From Octopus vulgaris (lineage: Eukaryota), in NCBI GenBank assembly GCA_951406725.2, contig OX597828.1:26970001-27034000 (forward strand): DNA of 64,000 bases, read 5' to 3'. The first letter of the stretch is position 1, and each line of letters starts with the position of its first letter. Of the stretch, positions 10,601-33,089 are shown piece after piece. The position numbers and the translations under genes are program-made. The notes under the pieces were generated by a model, which saw nothing but the letters and a program-made list of their open reading frames with translations, was not told where the DNA came from and searched no databases.

Positions 10601-11659
10601 AGCTGAATAGTTCCCTGTATATCAAGACAGCTAAACTAGCAGAAGACACCTGCCCAAGGTGCCACACAGAGGGACTGAACCTGAAACCATGTGACTGGAA
10701 AGCTAGCTTCCTAACTACACAGCTATGCCCATGCATGTATATGTATGTATATGTGTGTGTGTATGTATGTGTGTGTGTATATATATATTCATATATATAT
10801 ATATGAGATGGAGGCAATGACTGTTGTTATTATGACCAAGTTTATGAGTTGAACGCATGGCAGTGTGGAGGAGAGACATGCTTACATACAGACTCACAAC
10901 TATGTGATCTTTGGTTCATTCCTGTCACATGGCACCTTAGGCAACTGTCCTCTGCTGTAGCCCTGGGCTAAAGCAAAACATTGTGATTCAGTTTGATGAG
11001 TGGAAACTGAGCGAAGCCCATTACATATATATGTATCTATGTGCGTGTGTGTGGACTATTTTTCCTGACCTCACCTTATTCTTGTAAACAAGCATTTCCA
11101 TGATGGAAGTCAGGATGCTTTCCCTGTCTTCTGTAGAAATAGGTGGTTGATAACAGGAATGGCATCTGGCCATAGAAAATCTGCCTCAGTAAATTCCGTC
11201 TGACCGAAGCAAATATAGAAAAGAGGATGTTAAATGATAATGCTGCTGATGATGATATAGTGTGTGTGTGTTTATATTTGTATATGTGTATCTTTGTGTG
11301 TGAGTGATGTGCATGTATGTATATAATTACTCTTTTCATGCATGCACATGGCAGAGGTAATATCAGAATTTAATATTGTCAATTGGTTATTGATGAAGGG
11401 AAAGAGATATAATTTATGTTGCTGAAAAATTGTTATAAAGCTTATGTATGTAGTTTAGTTCAATTTGTGTTTTTTTTTTCAGGTGGGAAAAATTTTTTTT
11501 TTAAGTTTCATTTTGCATTTTCTTTGGGGAATCAAATTTAAAATGATAACATTTTTTTTTTATTCAAACCTTACTTAAATTCTTGCTAACTAAACCCACT
11601 CTTATGAGAATATTTAATGGTAAATTGCCATATTTATTTGTTTATTTGCATTTTGTGCA

Positions 11660-11685
11660 TATTATCATCATCATCATCATTATTA

Positions 11686-11731
<46 letters not shown>

Positions 11732-11983
11732 GGCAGTGAGCTGGCAGAATTGTTAGCATGCCAAACGAAATGCTTGGCAGCATTTCGTTTGTCTTTACGT
11801 TCTGAGTTCCAATAAAATAAGTACCAGCTGAATACTTGGGTCAATGTAATTAACTCACCTCCACCCTGCCAAAAAAATTTCTATTCTTGTACCTATAGTA
11901 GAAAGGGTTATTATTATTATTATTATAATTATTATCATTATTATTATTATTATTATTGTTATTTATTATTATTATTATTATTA

Positions 11984-12051
<68 letters not shown>

Positions 12052-12085
12052 GTTATTATTGTTATTATTATTATTATTATTAAGT
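11660..12085. repeat. (TTA)n arrays flanking a degenerate family C SINE (~11730-11908, +)
   Basis: AAGGCAGTGAGCTGGCAGAATTGTTAGC..CGTTCTGAGTTC..AATAAGTACCAG between ATT tracts. Confidence 0.85.
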
Positions 12086-12867
12086 GTTGTGTTCATGACA
12101 GAATTATTGTTGTTATTGTTGGTGGTGGTTGTCATTATTTTACTATTCTTTTTCCATTAATATTATTGTCAGTTTTTTTGTTGTTGTTTTTCTTTTTTAT
12201 ATTTCTCTGAGAAAAAAAAAAACAAAACTAAATAAACTTAATAATAACGAGAAAAAAAACTGAAATAAAAAAAAAAACAAACCCAGTGGTGACAGTAAAT
12301 AAGAGTGCAACAAAACACATTAATAAATACCAAATCTTTTTGCGAACTCACAAAACGGGGGAACATAAAAAAAACAAAAAACAATTATACAAAAAAAATC
12401 TAAATTTCAAAAAAAATATGTAAAAATAAAAGAAATAAAAATAAATAAATAAAAATCACAGTGGAAGGATTTTAATTTTTTGTTAAAAGGTTATATTGCA
12501 AGTGCCTATTAAAATTCTTGTATACTCTGTTAATTTTTCAGTGGGAGTTCATAAAATAGTGCCACTTCAAGATTTAATTCCCGTCTAGTATGATTTATTC
12601 CAGTTTTCCAAGTCAATTAGGTCTTAAGCGTTGAAGAAGCTGAACGCTCCTGCCACCCCCTCCTTCCAGAAGCTCAGTTCTTTTTCTTCTTCATCTTCTT
12701 CCTCTCCTTCTTCTTCTTCCTGTACCCAATACAGAACGGATCTCTTCACAATTTGGAGGTGAAAAAATAGAATATAAAAATAAATGCAACTAAATATGGT
12801 TGGTGCCATCCAGAAACTAAAAACCTCTGTAATTGCTCTGTAACGAGTCTTGCCATTTTGTAAAAGA

Positions 12868-13630
12868 GTGAATGTGTGTGTGTGCGTATGCGGGTGAATG
12901 CTCATATGAATGTGTGTGTGTGCGTGTGGATGCATATGTATGAGTGTGTGTGTGTGCGTATGCTGGTGAATGCTTATATGAATGTGTGTGTGTGTGTGTG
13001 GATGCATATATATGAGTGTGTGTTTTTTTATATGTATGTGAATGTGTGTGCATGTGAATGCATGTGTGTGTGAATGTATCTATATGTGTTTATGCATATT
13101 TGAATGTATCCAAGCATGTGTGTGTGTGTGTGTGTTTATGTTTGTGAATGTATATATGAATGTGTGTCTGATAGTGCATCTGAATGTGTGTGTGTGTGTG
13201 TGTATAAATGTGCATATGAGTGTGTGTATGTGTGAGACAAAATGTGTGTGAACATGTGTATGAATGTGTGTGTGTGTGTGTAAGAAAGAGAGTGTGTATG
13301 CATGTTTGCATAACTACAATTATGTGTTTGTGTGAATGCTTGTGTATGTGTTGGGATGAATATGTGTATTCATGTATAAGACTCTGTGTTTGTCTCTGAA
13401 TGTGTGTGTATCCTCGTGTGTGTATGTCTGTGTGTGTGTGTGTTTGTGTGAATGCATGGGTGGTTGATTGTATATGCGTTTGAGTGTCTGTAATAAATGT
13501 ATCCCAATTTCTTTCTTTATGAAGCAATGTCTTTGAGTTTCGTTCTGTTGTAATTCCTTCTTTCCTTATTGTATGTGCGTATGTGCACGTGTGAATGTGT
13601 ATGCATGTGTGTGTGTGTGTGTGTGTGTGT
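12868..13630. repeat. Degenerate (TG)/(TGAATG)-rich low-complexity tract
   Basis: Directly visible. Confidence 0.9.
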
Positions 13631-13669
13631 AATCTGTGACTCTGTATGTGCCTTACTCTTTTACTCTTT

Positions 13670-14062
13670 ACTCTTTTACTTGTTTCAGTCATTTGACTGT
13701 GGCCATGCTGGAGCACCACCTTTAGTCGAGCAAATCGACCCTGGGACTTATTCTTTGTAAGCCCAGTACTTATTCTATTGGTCTCTTTTTGCCGAACCGC
13801 TAAGTGTCGGGGACATAAACACACCAGCATCGGTTGTCAAGCAATGCTAGGGGGACAAACACAGACACACACACATATATATATATATACATATATACGA
13901 CAGGCTTCTTTCAGTTTCCGTCTACCAAATCCACTCACAAGGCATTGGTCGGCCCAGGGCTATAGCAGAAGACACTTGCCCAAGATGCCACGCAGTGGGA
14001 CTGAACCCGGAACCATGTGGTTGGTAAGCAAGCTACTTACCACACAGCCACTCCTGCGCCTT
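13670..14062 (-). mobile_element. Young full-length family A SINE (duplicate at ~22895-23284)
   Basis: Near-identical reverse complement of 29533-29936, with a (TACTCTTT)n tail. Confidence 0.92.
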
Positions 14063-14534
14063 GGTTACATTTCTTTTAAGAGAATGAAAAAATAGTAAAA
14101 TATAATAGCTGTGTTATAAGACATTTGTGTCCCAACCTCTGTGTTTCAGGTTCAGTCCCACTGTCTGGCACATTAGGCAATTGTCTCCTCCTATAGCACC
14201 AGGCCAACCAAAGGCCTGTGAGTGGATTCAGTTGATGGAAGCTGAAAGAAGCCCATCATATATGTGTGTGTGTGTGTGTGTGTGTGATTGCCTGTCCACT
14301 GTTCGATAACTATTGTTGGTTTGTTTACATCCCTACAACTTAGCAGTTGAGTAAAAGAGACCAATAGAATAAGTGCCTGGCTTGAAAAGTAAGTCTTAGG
14401 GCCAATTTGTTTGACTGAAACCTTTCAAGGTGGTGCCCCAGCATGGCCACAGCCCAATGACTGAAATGAGCCAATGGTAAAAGTTTATACTTAAACACAG
14501 GTGTGTGATTAAGAAACTTGTTCTCCAACCTTGT

Positions 14535-14935
14535 GGTCTTGGTGATGGTCGTAAGATCGCCATACAGCTGCTTGTCTGATGGGTGATGCTGCCAAGAGAG
14601 ATTGAGAACTGCATGCTGCATTCTCATGCATGACCCCTGAGGCTTCTTTTGACTTCTCTTACTCAGTATCCATGGCTGAAGGACCACAGAGAAGAAGGAC
14701 CGATTCAACAACTGCTTTGAAGAAACTTCTCTTCATGTTGTCAAGAAGGAGGACTTCCATATGATTCCAAGTCTGTATAGGGCATTCCATGCTTTTGCAG
14801 TTCTTAGCTGGACATCATTTTCTGTTGAATTTATGGTACTTCCCAGCCAGGTAAACTCATTAACCATTTTCAGAATTGGCCCTTTCAGTAAGTTTCCTTC
14901 TACTGGACAGTAACTCAGTGTGAAGTCTCCATGAG
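14535..14935 (-). mobile_element. Non-LTR retrotransposon (RTE-like) RT thumb / C-terminal fragment (duplicate at ~23740-24140)
   Basis: VNEFTWLGSTINSTENDVQLRTAKAWNALYRLGIIWKS..KRSFFKAVVESVLL and AVLNLSWQHHPSDKQLYG are typical post-RT motifs; frameshifted. Confidence 0.75.
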
Positions 14936-15394
14936 AACAGGTACACACATGGCAAGCATTTCCCTTTGGAAAAGCCATGACTGTCACCTCTTCTGTTGTC
15001 TTTACTTTTTTTTTTTTTTTATCAATATGAGAAAAAAAAAAGGTAAAAAATAAATAATTAACACCTGACTAAAAACAGTAAAAATTAATAGTAAAGAATC
15101 AACTTATTATGATTTCAATTTCTATCCTTTTCTTACTATCCTTTGCAGAAATCAGGCTAACGTCCGACCACACCCAAACTGTGAATCAGTTTGGGGTGGT
15201 GGTGGTGGTGGTCATGGTGGTAGTGTTACTGTTGTTTCCTAAAGTCCTATTGTTGTTCACCTTGATGATGATGATGATGATGATGATGAAGATGTCACCA
15301 TTGTCCTGTAATTCATTTCTTCAGCCACCTCTACAACACCCTATTGTTATCATCTTCTCCCTGAGTAGTTTATATACATGTGTATATAAACGTA

Positions 15395-15437
<43 letters not shown>

Positions 15438-15453
15438 AGGTATATATAAGTAT

Positions 15454-15512
<59 letters not shown>

Positions 15513-16108
15513 GTATAGGTATATATAAGTATTGTGTGTATGTATGTGTGTGTGTGTGTGTGTAAATATATATATATATATATATGCATCCATGTGTGTG
15601 TGTATGTATATATATACACACATATACATGAACACATCTACAAATGTGTGTGTATCTGTGCATGTGTATCTGTCTTTTAAGATAAACTATTAGTAATCCC
15701 GTTACAATGTGTTATTAGTAATGCTACAGTACATCACCACCGCTGCCACCCCCACCATCATGTTATCACCACCATCGCCGCTACCATCACCACCACCATG
15801 CTGTGATCACTGTCCTGGACCACATACTTTTTTTTTCTTTTTGTTCGCGTTTGATAGGAACACCTTCAGTATAATATGAGACACGTTCTTTGTTGTCTCC
15901 TTTTAGAGCAAGCTGTTACTGAAAAGACCGAGAAGAAGAAGAAGAAGAAGGAAGAGGGGAAAGTACAATAAGAAAAATAAGAAATGAATAAAGGAAAACA
16001 ACAGTAAAAAAAACATGCAACACAAAGAATATAAACACAGAGACTAGCAAAAATATTATCTACCAACACCAGAATAGACTCACGCATCATCCTTTCATTT
16101 GCATGCAG

Positions 16109-16143
<35 letters not shown>

Positions 16144-17523
16144 AACAACACATGCGCACTCTTAATGCACATAAACGCATTTGCAATTATACTTGTATAG
16201 TTTCTCACGCAGTTATTATAATAGAGACAAATATTAATGTAATAAATAAAAAAAAAAAGGTAGGGTGTTATTTGTGTGTGTGTGTGTGTGTGCGTGCATG
16301 CGTGCGTGCGCAGATGTGTGTCCATTAGAAGGCACCCTGTTATTTTATTACAAGTCTCTTGTTTTCTTTTTTTTTTTTTTTTGCCATTAAATTAATCAAG
16401 GCGTAAATCGTAGTATCTTTGGTAGCGCCGTGGACAAAATGCTTTGCACTATTTCATTGTATTGTATTGACCCCCACTCCCCTTTACTGCATTCTCTTTG
16501 GCCTGTGTTCAAAACCAGTCGAAACTTAATTTGTTTTTCATTCCTCAAGGGCTTCATAGACTAAGCAGTAGTCAAGTAATAAGCTGATATAACAAGCACA
16601 CTTTTCCGAAACCCTTAAAATTTCTGACCCTGTGTTTAAGTTGGAAATTAAGAAATACTGTATTTCCGGCCATACAGGTTGAAGATTTATATAATGTAAA
16701 CATTCAAATGTTGTCCAGATCTTTCCAAATTCTACAGAATTTCCCATGGAATATTTGGTCTCCAGATTCATCTTTGTGTATAAGACGATCTACCTGTTTT
16801 AGCTGTAAATGTGGGTCTGAAAATTTTGACTTGTATGATGGTATATCTTGGAGTGGCACCATAAAGAAATGAACTAGAGAAAAGAACCCAGCTAATTGTA
16901 TGCATAAGCGCAACAGAGAGGGAACTGGGGAGTCTTGGTCAGCTTGACCCCGGGACTGGAGGAAGCACCTGGACCTGGTAGACAGGAACTAAAAGAAGCC
17001 CAACATATGTTGGGGGGTGGAGGGACTGGGTATGTATGTTTGTGTCACCTTATCTTGATATTTTGGGATTCTTGTAAATGGATGTCATTCATTTCTGCTA
17101 TTCTGCAAAACCATTTCTGACCCCTGGGTAAATATTACCTGGCAAAAAAAAAAAAACAGTTAAGCTACCAAATATGAAATACCTGTCGTTATTAGGCTAA
17201 TGATTTGGAAGATAAATTAGCATGAAATTTTGATGGAATGTTTTAATGCAGGAAGGTTTCAGGGTTAACCAGTCCTCCATTGATAAACCTTCCTAAAATA
17301 GACACAAGACCTGAAATTTGGGAGTTGGGGGTGCTTGGTGATTGCATTGACCCCAGTGCTCAACTGGTACTTATTTTATCAACTCTGAAAAGATGAAAGG
17401 CCAATTTGGATCTCAATGGAATTTGAAGTCAGAATGTAAAGACAGACAAAATGGTACGAAGCATTTTGTCTGGTGTGGTAAGAATTCTGCCAGTTTGCTA
17501 CCTTCAGCTCCTCCTCCTCCTCC

Positions 17524-17858
17524 TCATCATCATCATTTAACGTCCGCTTTCCATGCTAGCATGGGTTGGACGGTTTGACTGGGCTAGCGGACCGATGGCT
17601 GCACCAGGCTCCAGTCTTGATCTGGCAGAGTTTCTACAGCTGGATGCCCTTCCTAGCGCCAACCACTCCGAGAGTGTAGTGGGTGCTTTTACGTGCCACC
17701 AGCATGGGGGCTAGTCAGGCGGTACTGGCAACGACCTCGGTAGAATTTTTTTACACATGCCAATGGCACAGGTGCCAGTAAGGCGATGCTGGTAATGATC
17801 CCACTCAAATGGTGCCTCCTACATGCCACCGGCACGGAAGCCAGTTAGCCGCTCTGGC
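17524..17858 (-). mobile_element. RTE LINE 3'UTR fragment cut by the gap (continues to ~27122 in copy 2)
   Basis: CATCATTTAACGTCCGCTTTCCATGCTAGCATGGGTTGGACGG...GGGTGCTTTTACGTGCCAC. Confidence 0.85.
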
Positions 17859-17958
17859 NNNNNNNNNNNNNNNNNNNNNNNNNNNNNNNNNNNNNNNNNN
17901 NNNNNNNNNNNNNNNNNNNNNNNNNNNNNNNNNNNNNNNNNNNNNNNNNNNNNNNNNN
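17859..17958. other. Assembly gap (100 N)
   Basis: Exactly 100 N, a usual placeholder for a scaffold join of unknown size. Confidence 0.99.
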
Positions 17959-27089
<9,131 letters not shown>

Positions 27090-28966
27090 AACGATCACAC
27101 TCGGATGGTGCTCTTAGCACCCATTGATAATAATTCCATTCTCTTTTGGTTTACAAATTCTTCTGTAACATGATACAGCTTCTCTTTTTTTTTTCTTTCC
27201 TCCATAAATTGTGTAACATCTTCATTTACAGAAGCATGTTTCTTAAGAAATTTCCCAGAAAATCAGGTGACAATTTTCTCAGGCCACAGCATACATCTTT
27301 TGCAGTATGACTGCCATTTATTGTTTTGGGAGGTTGTCCAGATTTGGTTTTGTCTTTGGTTTTTCTTCCTTATTAGTAATATTGGTACCTCTTGTGACCT
27401 TGCGGCAGAACTTAAATATTCCACACCAAATGTCTAAATATTTCTCCCTATATGAAATGGAATTTCTCATAAACCCTTCCTTATCTAGCTTGCTACTAAT
27501 CACCAAATGGGTGAGATAACCATTAACTTTAGCACATAAAAATCAGTAACTATCTAGCATGGAACAATGGGAATAATAGTAGTTGTTAGGATTATTATGA
27601 TTTAAAACAATTTGATTCAGTGCCATGCAACTTGACGTTTCTGTAATGATCCTACAAAACTTGCAGGGACCAAATCAAACCCTTTTGAATAATACCATAA
27701 CCCCTACTAAATGTATTGAGTGCCTTTGTCTTTCATTTGTCCACTAACTCATATTATGTCTCTTATTATTATTTTACTTGTTTTTCGGTTCGGACTGTGC
27801 CCTGAAACCACGTTGAAGGGAGTTTAAGTTAAAAGAATTGACCCCAGGACTTTTTTCTTTAAGGCTTGTACTTTTTTTTATTGCTGAAGTGCTAAATTAC
27901 AGGGACATAAACAAACCAACCCCGATTGTCAAGCAGTAGTGGGGACAAATGCAAACACACACTTATATGACAGGCTTCTTTCAGTTTCCATCTACCAAAT
28001 CCACTGACAAGGCTTTGGTTGGCCTTGGGCTATAGTAGAAGACACTTTCCCAAGATGCCACACTGTGGGATTGAACCCAGAATTATGTGCTTAGGAAACA
28101 AACTTCTTGTGCATCTGTCTATCTTTGCGTTTGTCTCCCATCAACACTTGAGAACTGGTGTTGGTTTGTTAATGTCCCCGAAATTTAGCAATTCTGCAAA
28201 AGTGACCAATAAAATAAAAAAAAACAGATTTGCCAAAAGTAAGGAAAACAAAAACAAAAACATAATTACTGGAATCAATTTGTTCAAGAAAAACCCTTCA
28301 AGACAATGCCCCTGCTTGACCGCAGTCCAAAAGTCTGAAAGATGTTAAAGATCAAATATGGAAATAATTCATAATTAATCACAAATTCTATTGATTAGAG
28401 TTGTTTTGTTGTTTTATATATATATATATATATATATATTTCTGAGTAAATAGCTCTGATTTAAACAGAAAGTGGGAAAAGAATTCCTGTGTCGGAAGGG
28501 ATTCTGGTAACTGTGAAATGTCTGGCTGGTCACTTTCAAATATTAATATTAATATGTTAATACTGGTTTAGTAATGGATAATGGTAGTTAGTATTAAGCA
28601 TTTATGGAACAGGTACAGAATATACCTGTGTGTGTGTGTGTCTATATATATATTATGTATATGTAGGCAAGATGTGCTTGCATGTGTGTATGTGAATATG
28701 TGATTGTACATTTGTGTGGGTGTATGTGTATATATCTGTAAGCACGTGTGTAGGTGTGTGTGCATGTCTCTCTCTCTATATATATTTGCATCTGTGTGTG
28801 TGTGTGTGTTTGCATAAGTGTATGTGTATGCATATGTATATGAGTGTGTTTGGGTATATCTTATATATATATCTATTTATGTATTTATATATGAGATGAA
28901 AGCTGAAGCGTTTTGTAATTTCCAGGTGAACTAAATACAACAGCTGTTATGCAGAAGAAACTTTGG

Positions 28967-29006
<40 letters not shown>

Positions 29007-29532
29007 AAGAAAGAGAGTGAGATGGGGAGGGGTCAAAAATAGAAATACTAAAAAAAAATGTTAAAATTATAAAATTTGGAAGGAAACAATGTGTTGCGCA
29101 GTCTGTTTCTGTAAGAAAGGAAATACATGGTAGCCCCATAATTTTGAATAATGATGTGAGTGAGTGAGTGAGAGAGAGATTTCAGAGGCAGCCCTGAAAT
29201 AGGAAATAGTAAATAAATTATTTTTAATTGGTGCTGATTATGATGATGATGATTATTATAAAGAATATCAACAAGCATGATCTATAAAATTTATCAAAGA
29301 AATAATATAAAAAGAAGTTAGAAAAAAGTTCCTAAAAAATGAATAAATACCGACACAGGCATGGCTGTGTGGTAAAGAGTTTGCTTCCCAACTACATAGT
29401 TCTGGGTTCAGTCCTACACTGTATGTCATCTTGGGATAGTGTCTTCTACTGTAGCCTTCTACTTGGAACAACTAAAGCCTTGTGAATGAATTTGGTTGCT
29501 GGAAACTAAAAGAAGCTCGATGGATTGAAATA

Positions 29533-29936
29533 GACGCAGGAGTGGCTGTGTGGTAAGTAGCTTGCTTACGAACCACATGGTTCCGGGTTCAGTCCCACTG
29601 CGTGGCACCTTGGGCAAGTGTCTTCTACTATAGCCTCGGGCCGACCAAAGCCTTGTGAGTGGATTTGGTAGACGGAAACTGAAAGAAGCCCGTCGTATAT
29701 ATGTATATATATATATATGTGTGTGTGTGTATGTTTGTGTGTCTGTGTTTGTCCACCCAACATCGCTTGACAACCGATGCTGGTGTGTTTACGTCGCCGT
29801 CACTTAGCGGTTCGGCAAAAGAAACCGATAGAATAAGTACTGGGCTTACAAAGAATAAGTCCCGGGGTCGAGTTGCTCGACTAAAAGCGGTGCTCCAGCA
29901 TGGCCGCAGTCAAATGACTGAAACAAGTAAAAGAGT
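29533..29936 (+). mobile_element. Young full-length family A tRNA/CORE-type SINE
   Basis: A box TGGCTGTGTGG, B box GGTTCAGTCCC, CORE-like CACCTTGGGCAAGTGTCTTCTACTATAGCCTCGG, internal (TA)(TG) tract, tail AAACAAGTAAAAGAGT; CpGs retained. Confidence 0.92.
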
Positions 29937-29937
29937 C

Positions 29938-31745
29938 GTTGTGATGAATACTGATTCTCTGGAATTCCATTTTCCATTTCCTTCATTTCCCAACACCAAA
30001 CATCTGCAGACATTCGACGATCCAAGAATGAGTTATCATATCATATGCTTTCTTAAAGTCAATCCAAGCCATAGATATGTTTGTATGATGTTTTTACAAT
30101 GCCTCAAAACTGTTTTATTGATGAGCAGGTGATCTTTGGTACCCTGAAAATTCTTCCTACATCCTTTTTCTTCCCTTGGTAGTATTTCTTCCTGTGCCAG
30201 GAAAGTATATGTCTTTGCTGCACATATTCCAGTGAGTGTCTTCCAGATTATGTTTAGGCATGTTTCCCCACAATATTCCCCTTTCTTCTAGCTTTCATTA
30301 CAAGTGTCGTCCTCCCAGTCACAAACCACACAGGGGCTGTACCTTTCTGGACACACTCACTCAATTAGGTTGCTAGTCTTTCATGCACCCCATGGCATCA
30401 CTTCAGCCAGAAGCCATGAATCCCATCTGGTCCAGGGGCTTTCCAGTTAGGCACATTACCCACTTGTTCTTTCATGTTAACCGTGCTTATGACAATGTTC
30501 CTTTGTTTCTTTCCTCATTGTAATTCTGTCTTGATAGTTCCTATCCACATTGCATCCCTTTTATGCACCACATTGTTTCCCCATAATCCGCTCCAGAACT
30601 CCTTGGCTTGATTTGCATCAGGAGCAACATTTTCCCCATTATCTCTTTCTAAAGTTTGGTAGAATTGCTTCGGGTTATTTTTGAACAATCTGTACTCCTT
30701 GAACTGCTTATTTCTGTTCATAAATCTTTTGATCCTCTGGCTTTTTGCCATGATTCTGTTTTAACTGCTCTATTACTGCATCAAACCTGTTCTTCCGTAT
30801 TTTACATTTCTTCTCTAATTTTTCTCGGTCGGTCCTTTTTCCCATTTTCCAGTTTCCTCTTAACCATTGCTCAATTTTTCCTAGATCTTGCCCTGCCCGC
30901 ATTATGTCCCTTTTCAATGCGTTGTTTCCACCATGGTTCCTTTGTTCCACCACCTTTTTTTTCTTTTTTCTTTTCGACAAGTAGCGCAATAGCTCAGAGA
31001 AGATTCCTTGTTTGTGTTATGTCCTCTGTCTGGATGTATGGTATGACAGTGTTTATCTTTTGTGTTACTTTATTTATCCTACCCCTATCTACCCTTCCCA
31101 TATTCATGGGGAATTTTTCTTCTGGAGCATTCACCAAATTGGTGAGTCGTCTAATAAATTTCAAACAATTCATTATCTAGTTGGTTCATTTCCCCTGCAT
31201 GTCCACCCACCACGGTATCAGGCTTCACTGTATAATGTTCCTCATCCTTAACAGCCACATCAACATTCCCCTGTTCCTCCAGTCTGCTCTTCTCCCTGCT
31301 TTCAACTCCTACCTCTCTGCTTTCAACTCCAACCATCCTTTGTAACCCATCCACAGGGTCTCTCAGACTCTCACTAATCCGAGATATTTCTACTCCAGTT
31401 AAGTAACCCTTCTTCCCAATCACTCTCACTTGGTTCATTAATTTATTCTCTGACATGGCACACATGTTCTTTTCCATCCTAAATTTCAAGGTACGTCGGC
31501 CTACTCCACAACTTCCTTCCAGCTTTGCTCTTTCATGACATTCAATTAGTGTATCGTATTCTTCCTTTGTCCACTTATGTCTGTTTTTGTGCACACCGTG
31601 TATGTGATCTGTTGTGACATAATGACCATCCAAGGCCGTATCACTGCCCCTGATGCAGGCAGTTTCAGACATGCCAGACGTAAACCTTCACCATAATTGG
31701 CTATACCTTCATTCTCGCCGTTAATTCTTCCCTTGTTGTATTACA
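29938..31745 (-). mobile_element. Decayed 5' half of a Dong/R4-clade non-LTR retrotransposon (N-terminus to early RT)
   Basis: RHKWTKEEY..IECH..ENKLMNQVRVI (ORF 31151-31672); KSQRIKRF..YRLFKNNPKQFYQTL..KEFWSGLW (ORF 30515-30751); WKAPGPDGIHGFWLK; EEKGCRKNFQGTKDHLLINK; several stops and frameshifts. Confidence 0.8.
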
Positions 31746-31780
31746 TCATCATCATTATTATTATTATTATTATTATTATT

Positions 31781-32005
31781 AAGGCAGCAAGTTGGTAGAG
31801 TCATTAGCAAATCAGACAAAGTGCTCAGTGGTATTTTGTCTGGGTTTACTTTCCGAGTTCAAATTCCATCAAGCTTGACTTTGCCTTTCGTTCTTTTGGG
31901 GGCCAATAAAAATAAGTACCAGTAGCACTGGGGTCCATGGAACCAGCTTACCCTAACCCTAACTCCCATCAAATTACTGGCCTTGTGCCATAATCTGAAG
32001 CTATT
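31781..32005 (+). mobile_element. Degenerate family C SINE
   Basis: GAGTTCAAATTCC..GACTTTGCCTTTCG..AATAAGTACCAGTAGCACTGGGGTC. Confidence 0.75.
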
Positions 32006-33089
32006 GTTTATATCATCAACATCATCATCAGCAGCAGCATTGGTTTCATGTCCATCTTTCCAGGCTTGCATGGATGGCTCAGATGAAATTCATTGAATCA
32101 GAGTTTCTACGGTTGCATGCACTTTCTGTCACCAAAATTTACCTTTTCCCAAGCAAGGTAACTTGGCTTATCATAAAAACAGAAGATAGATTCATTTACA
32201 ATTCTTCAGATTATTTTTGCTCTGTGTGTGTGCGTGTGTATATGTATTCAGTTTCAACTTTATATTAACTGAATATTGTTTCCAGTCCTGCAGGCAACTG
32301 TCTAGACTATTCCAACTGCATTTTAATTAACTCATAATTGATTGCTACGGCATGCAGTGGATATGCTAGAAGAGCATATATTCTTGTTTCAGTTGTCTCA
32401 CTGCAACCATGTCAAGTCACCAGCTTTGAATGCTCTTCTTCATTATAGCAACCTTGAGATTTTCTCTGATTCTTTGAAAGTTTTTCCTATTAAAAAGAAG
32501 GAAAAATTTTTTTTTTTTTGCTATTTTCACTTGTATTCACCATTTACTGCATTCATATATCTACCCTAATCTTTTCTGTCAATCGCTCTTTTGACACTCT
32601 TACAAATCTTTTATTCCCTGTCCCTTTTCTCCTTTTCTTCCTCTTCAGGTACCTCGATGGTGTACACTGATGCCTCACCTCCATCTCTACTCCCATTCCT
32701 GCTTAGGTACCCATGTTTTTCTTCCTATAGCAAGACTCTTGTTTACCGCTCCCTATCATACGTTAACCTTTCAACACTTGACCCCAAACCACCACCAATC
32801 TAAATACTCTACCCCCCCACCACCATTAGTCTGCTCAAGAGAGTCTTGTTTTATGAATCAGTTGGTAACCTCACTTGTGCTGCTGTAAGCCGGTGGCACA
32901 AGAAAGGCACCCAGTGCAATTCTGTAGAGGGGTTGGCATTAGGAAGGGCATCCAACCATAGAAACAATGTTACCACAGACTTTGGAGCTTATTGCAGTGC
33001 TTCTCACCAGATCTTCTCATACCATCTGACTGGTGCAAGCATGGGAAATGGATAGTAAATAATGTTTTAATATATTTATATATATATAT

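Larger units (their letters stand above)
8721..17858 (+). repeat. Copy 1 of near-identical ~9.1 kb duplication
   Basis: CTCCCAAACTGGAGCCTCAC at 8721 and 17959; GCCAGTTAGCCGCTCTGGC ends at 17858 and 27089; identical ORFs recur at an offset of about 9.23 kb. Confidence 0.97.

Noticed and set aside
13090-14095. 246-aa and 105-aa ORFs, and recurring peptides such as ASFSFRLPNPLTR..LPKVPRSGTEP
   Set aside because: Translations of the family A SINE plus adjacent microsatellite, not host genes
16538-16913. Complex-looking ORFs (69-77 aa) here and at 27307-27519
   Set aside because: No recognisable domain and no convincing flanking splice sites; may be old TE remnants, but I cannot assign them
29533-29610. 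tRNA gene
   Set aside because: A and B boxes are present but there is no cloverleaf, and the sequence continues into a multicopy SINE body
32620-32655. Pyrimidine tract plus CAG|GTACCT as a recursive splice site
   Set aside because: Weak donor, and it appears to lie within a pyrimidine-rich decayed repeat
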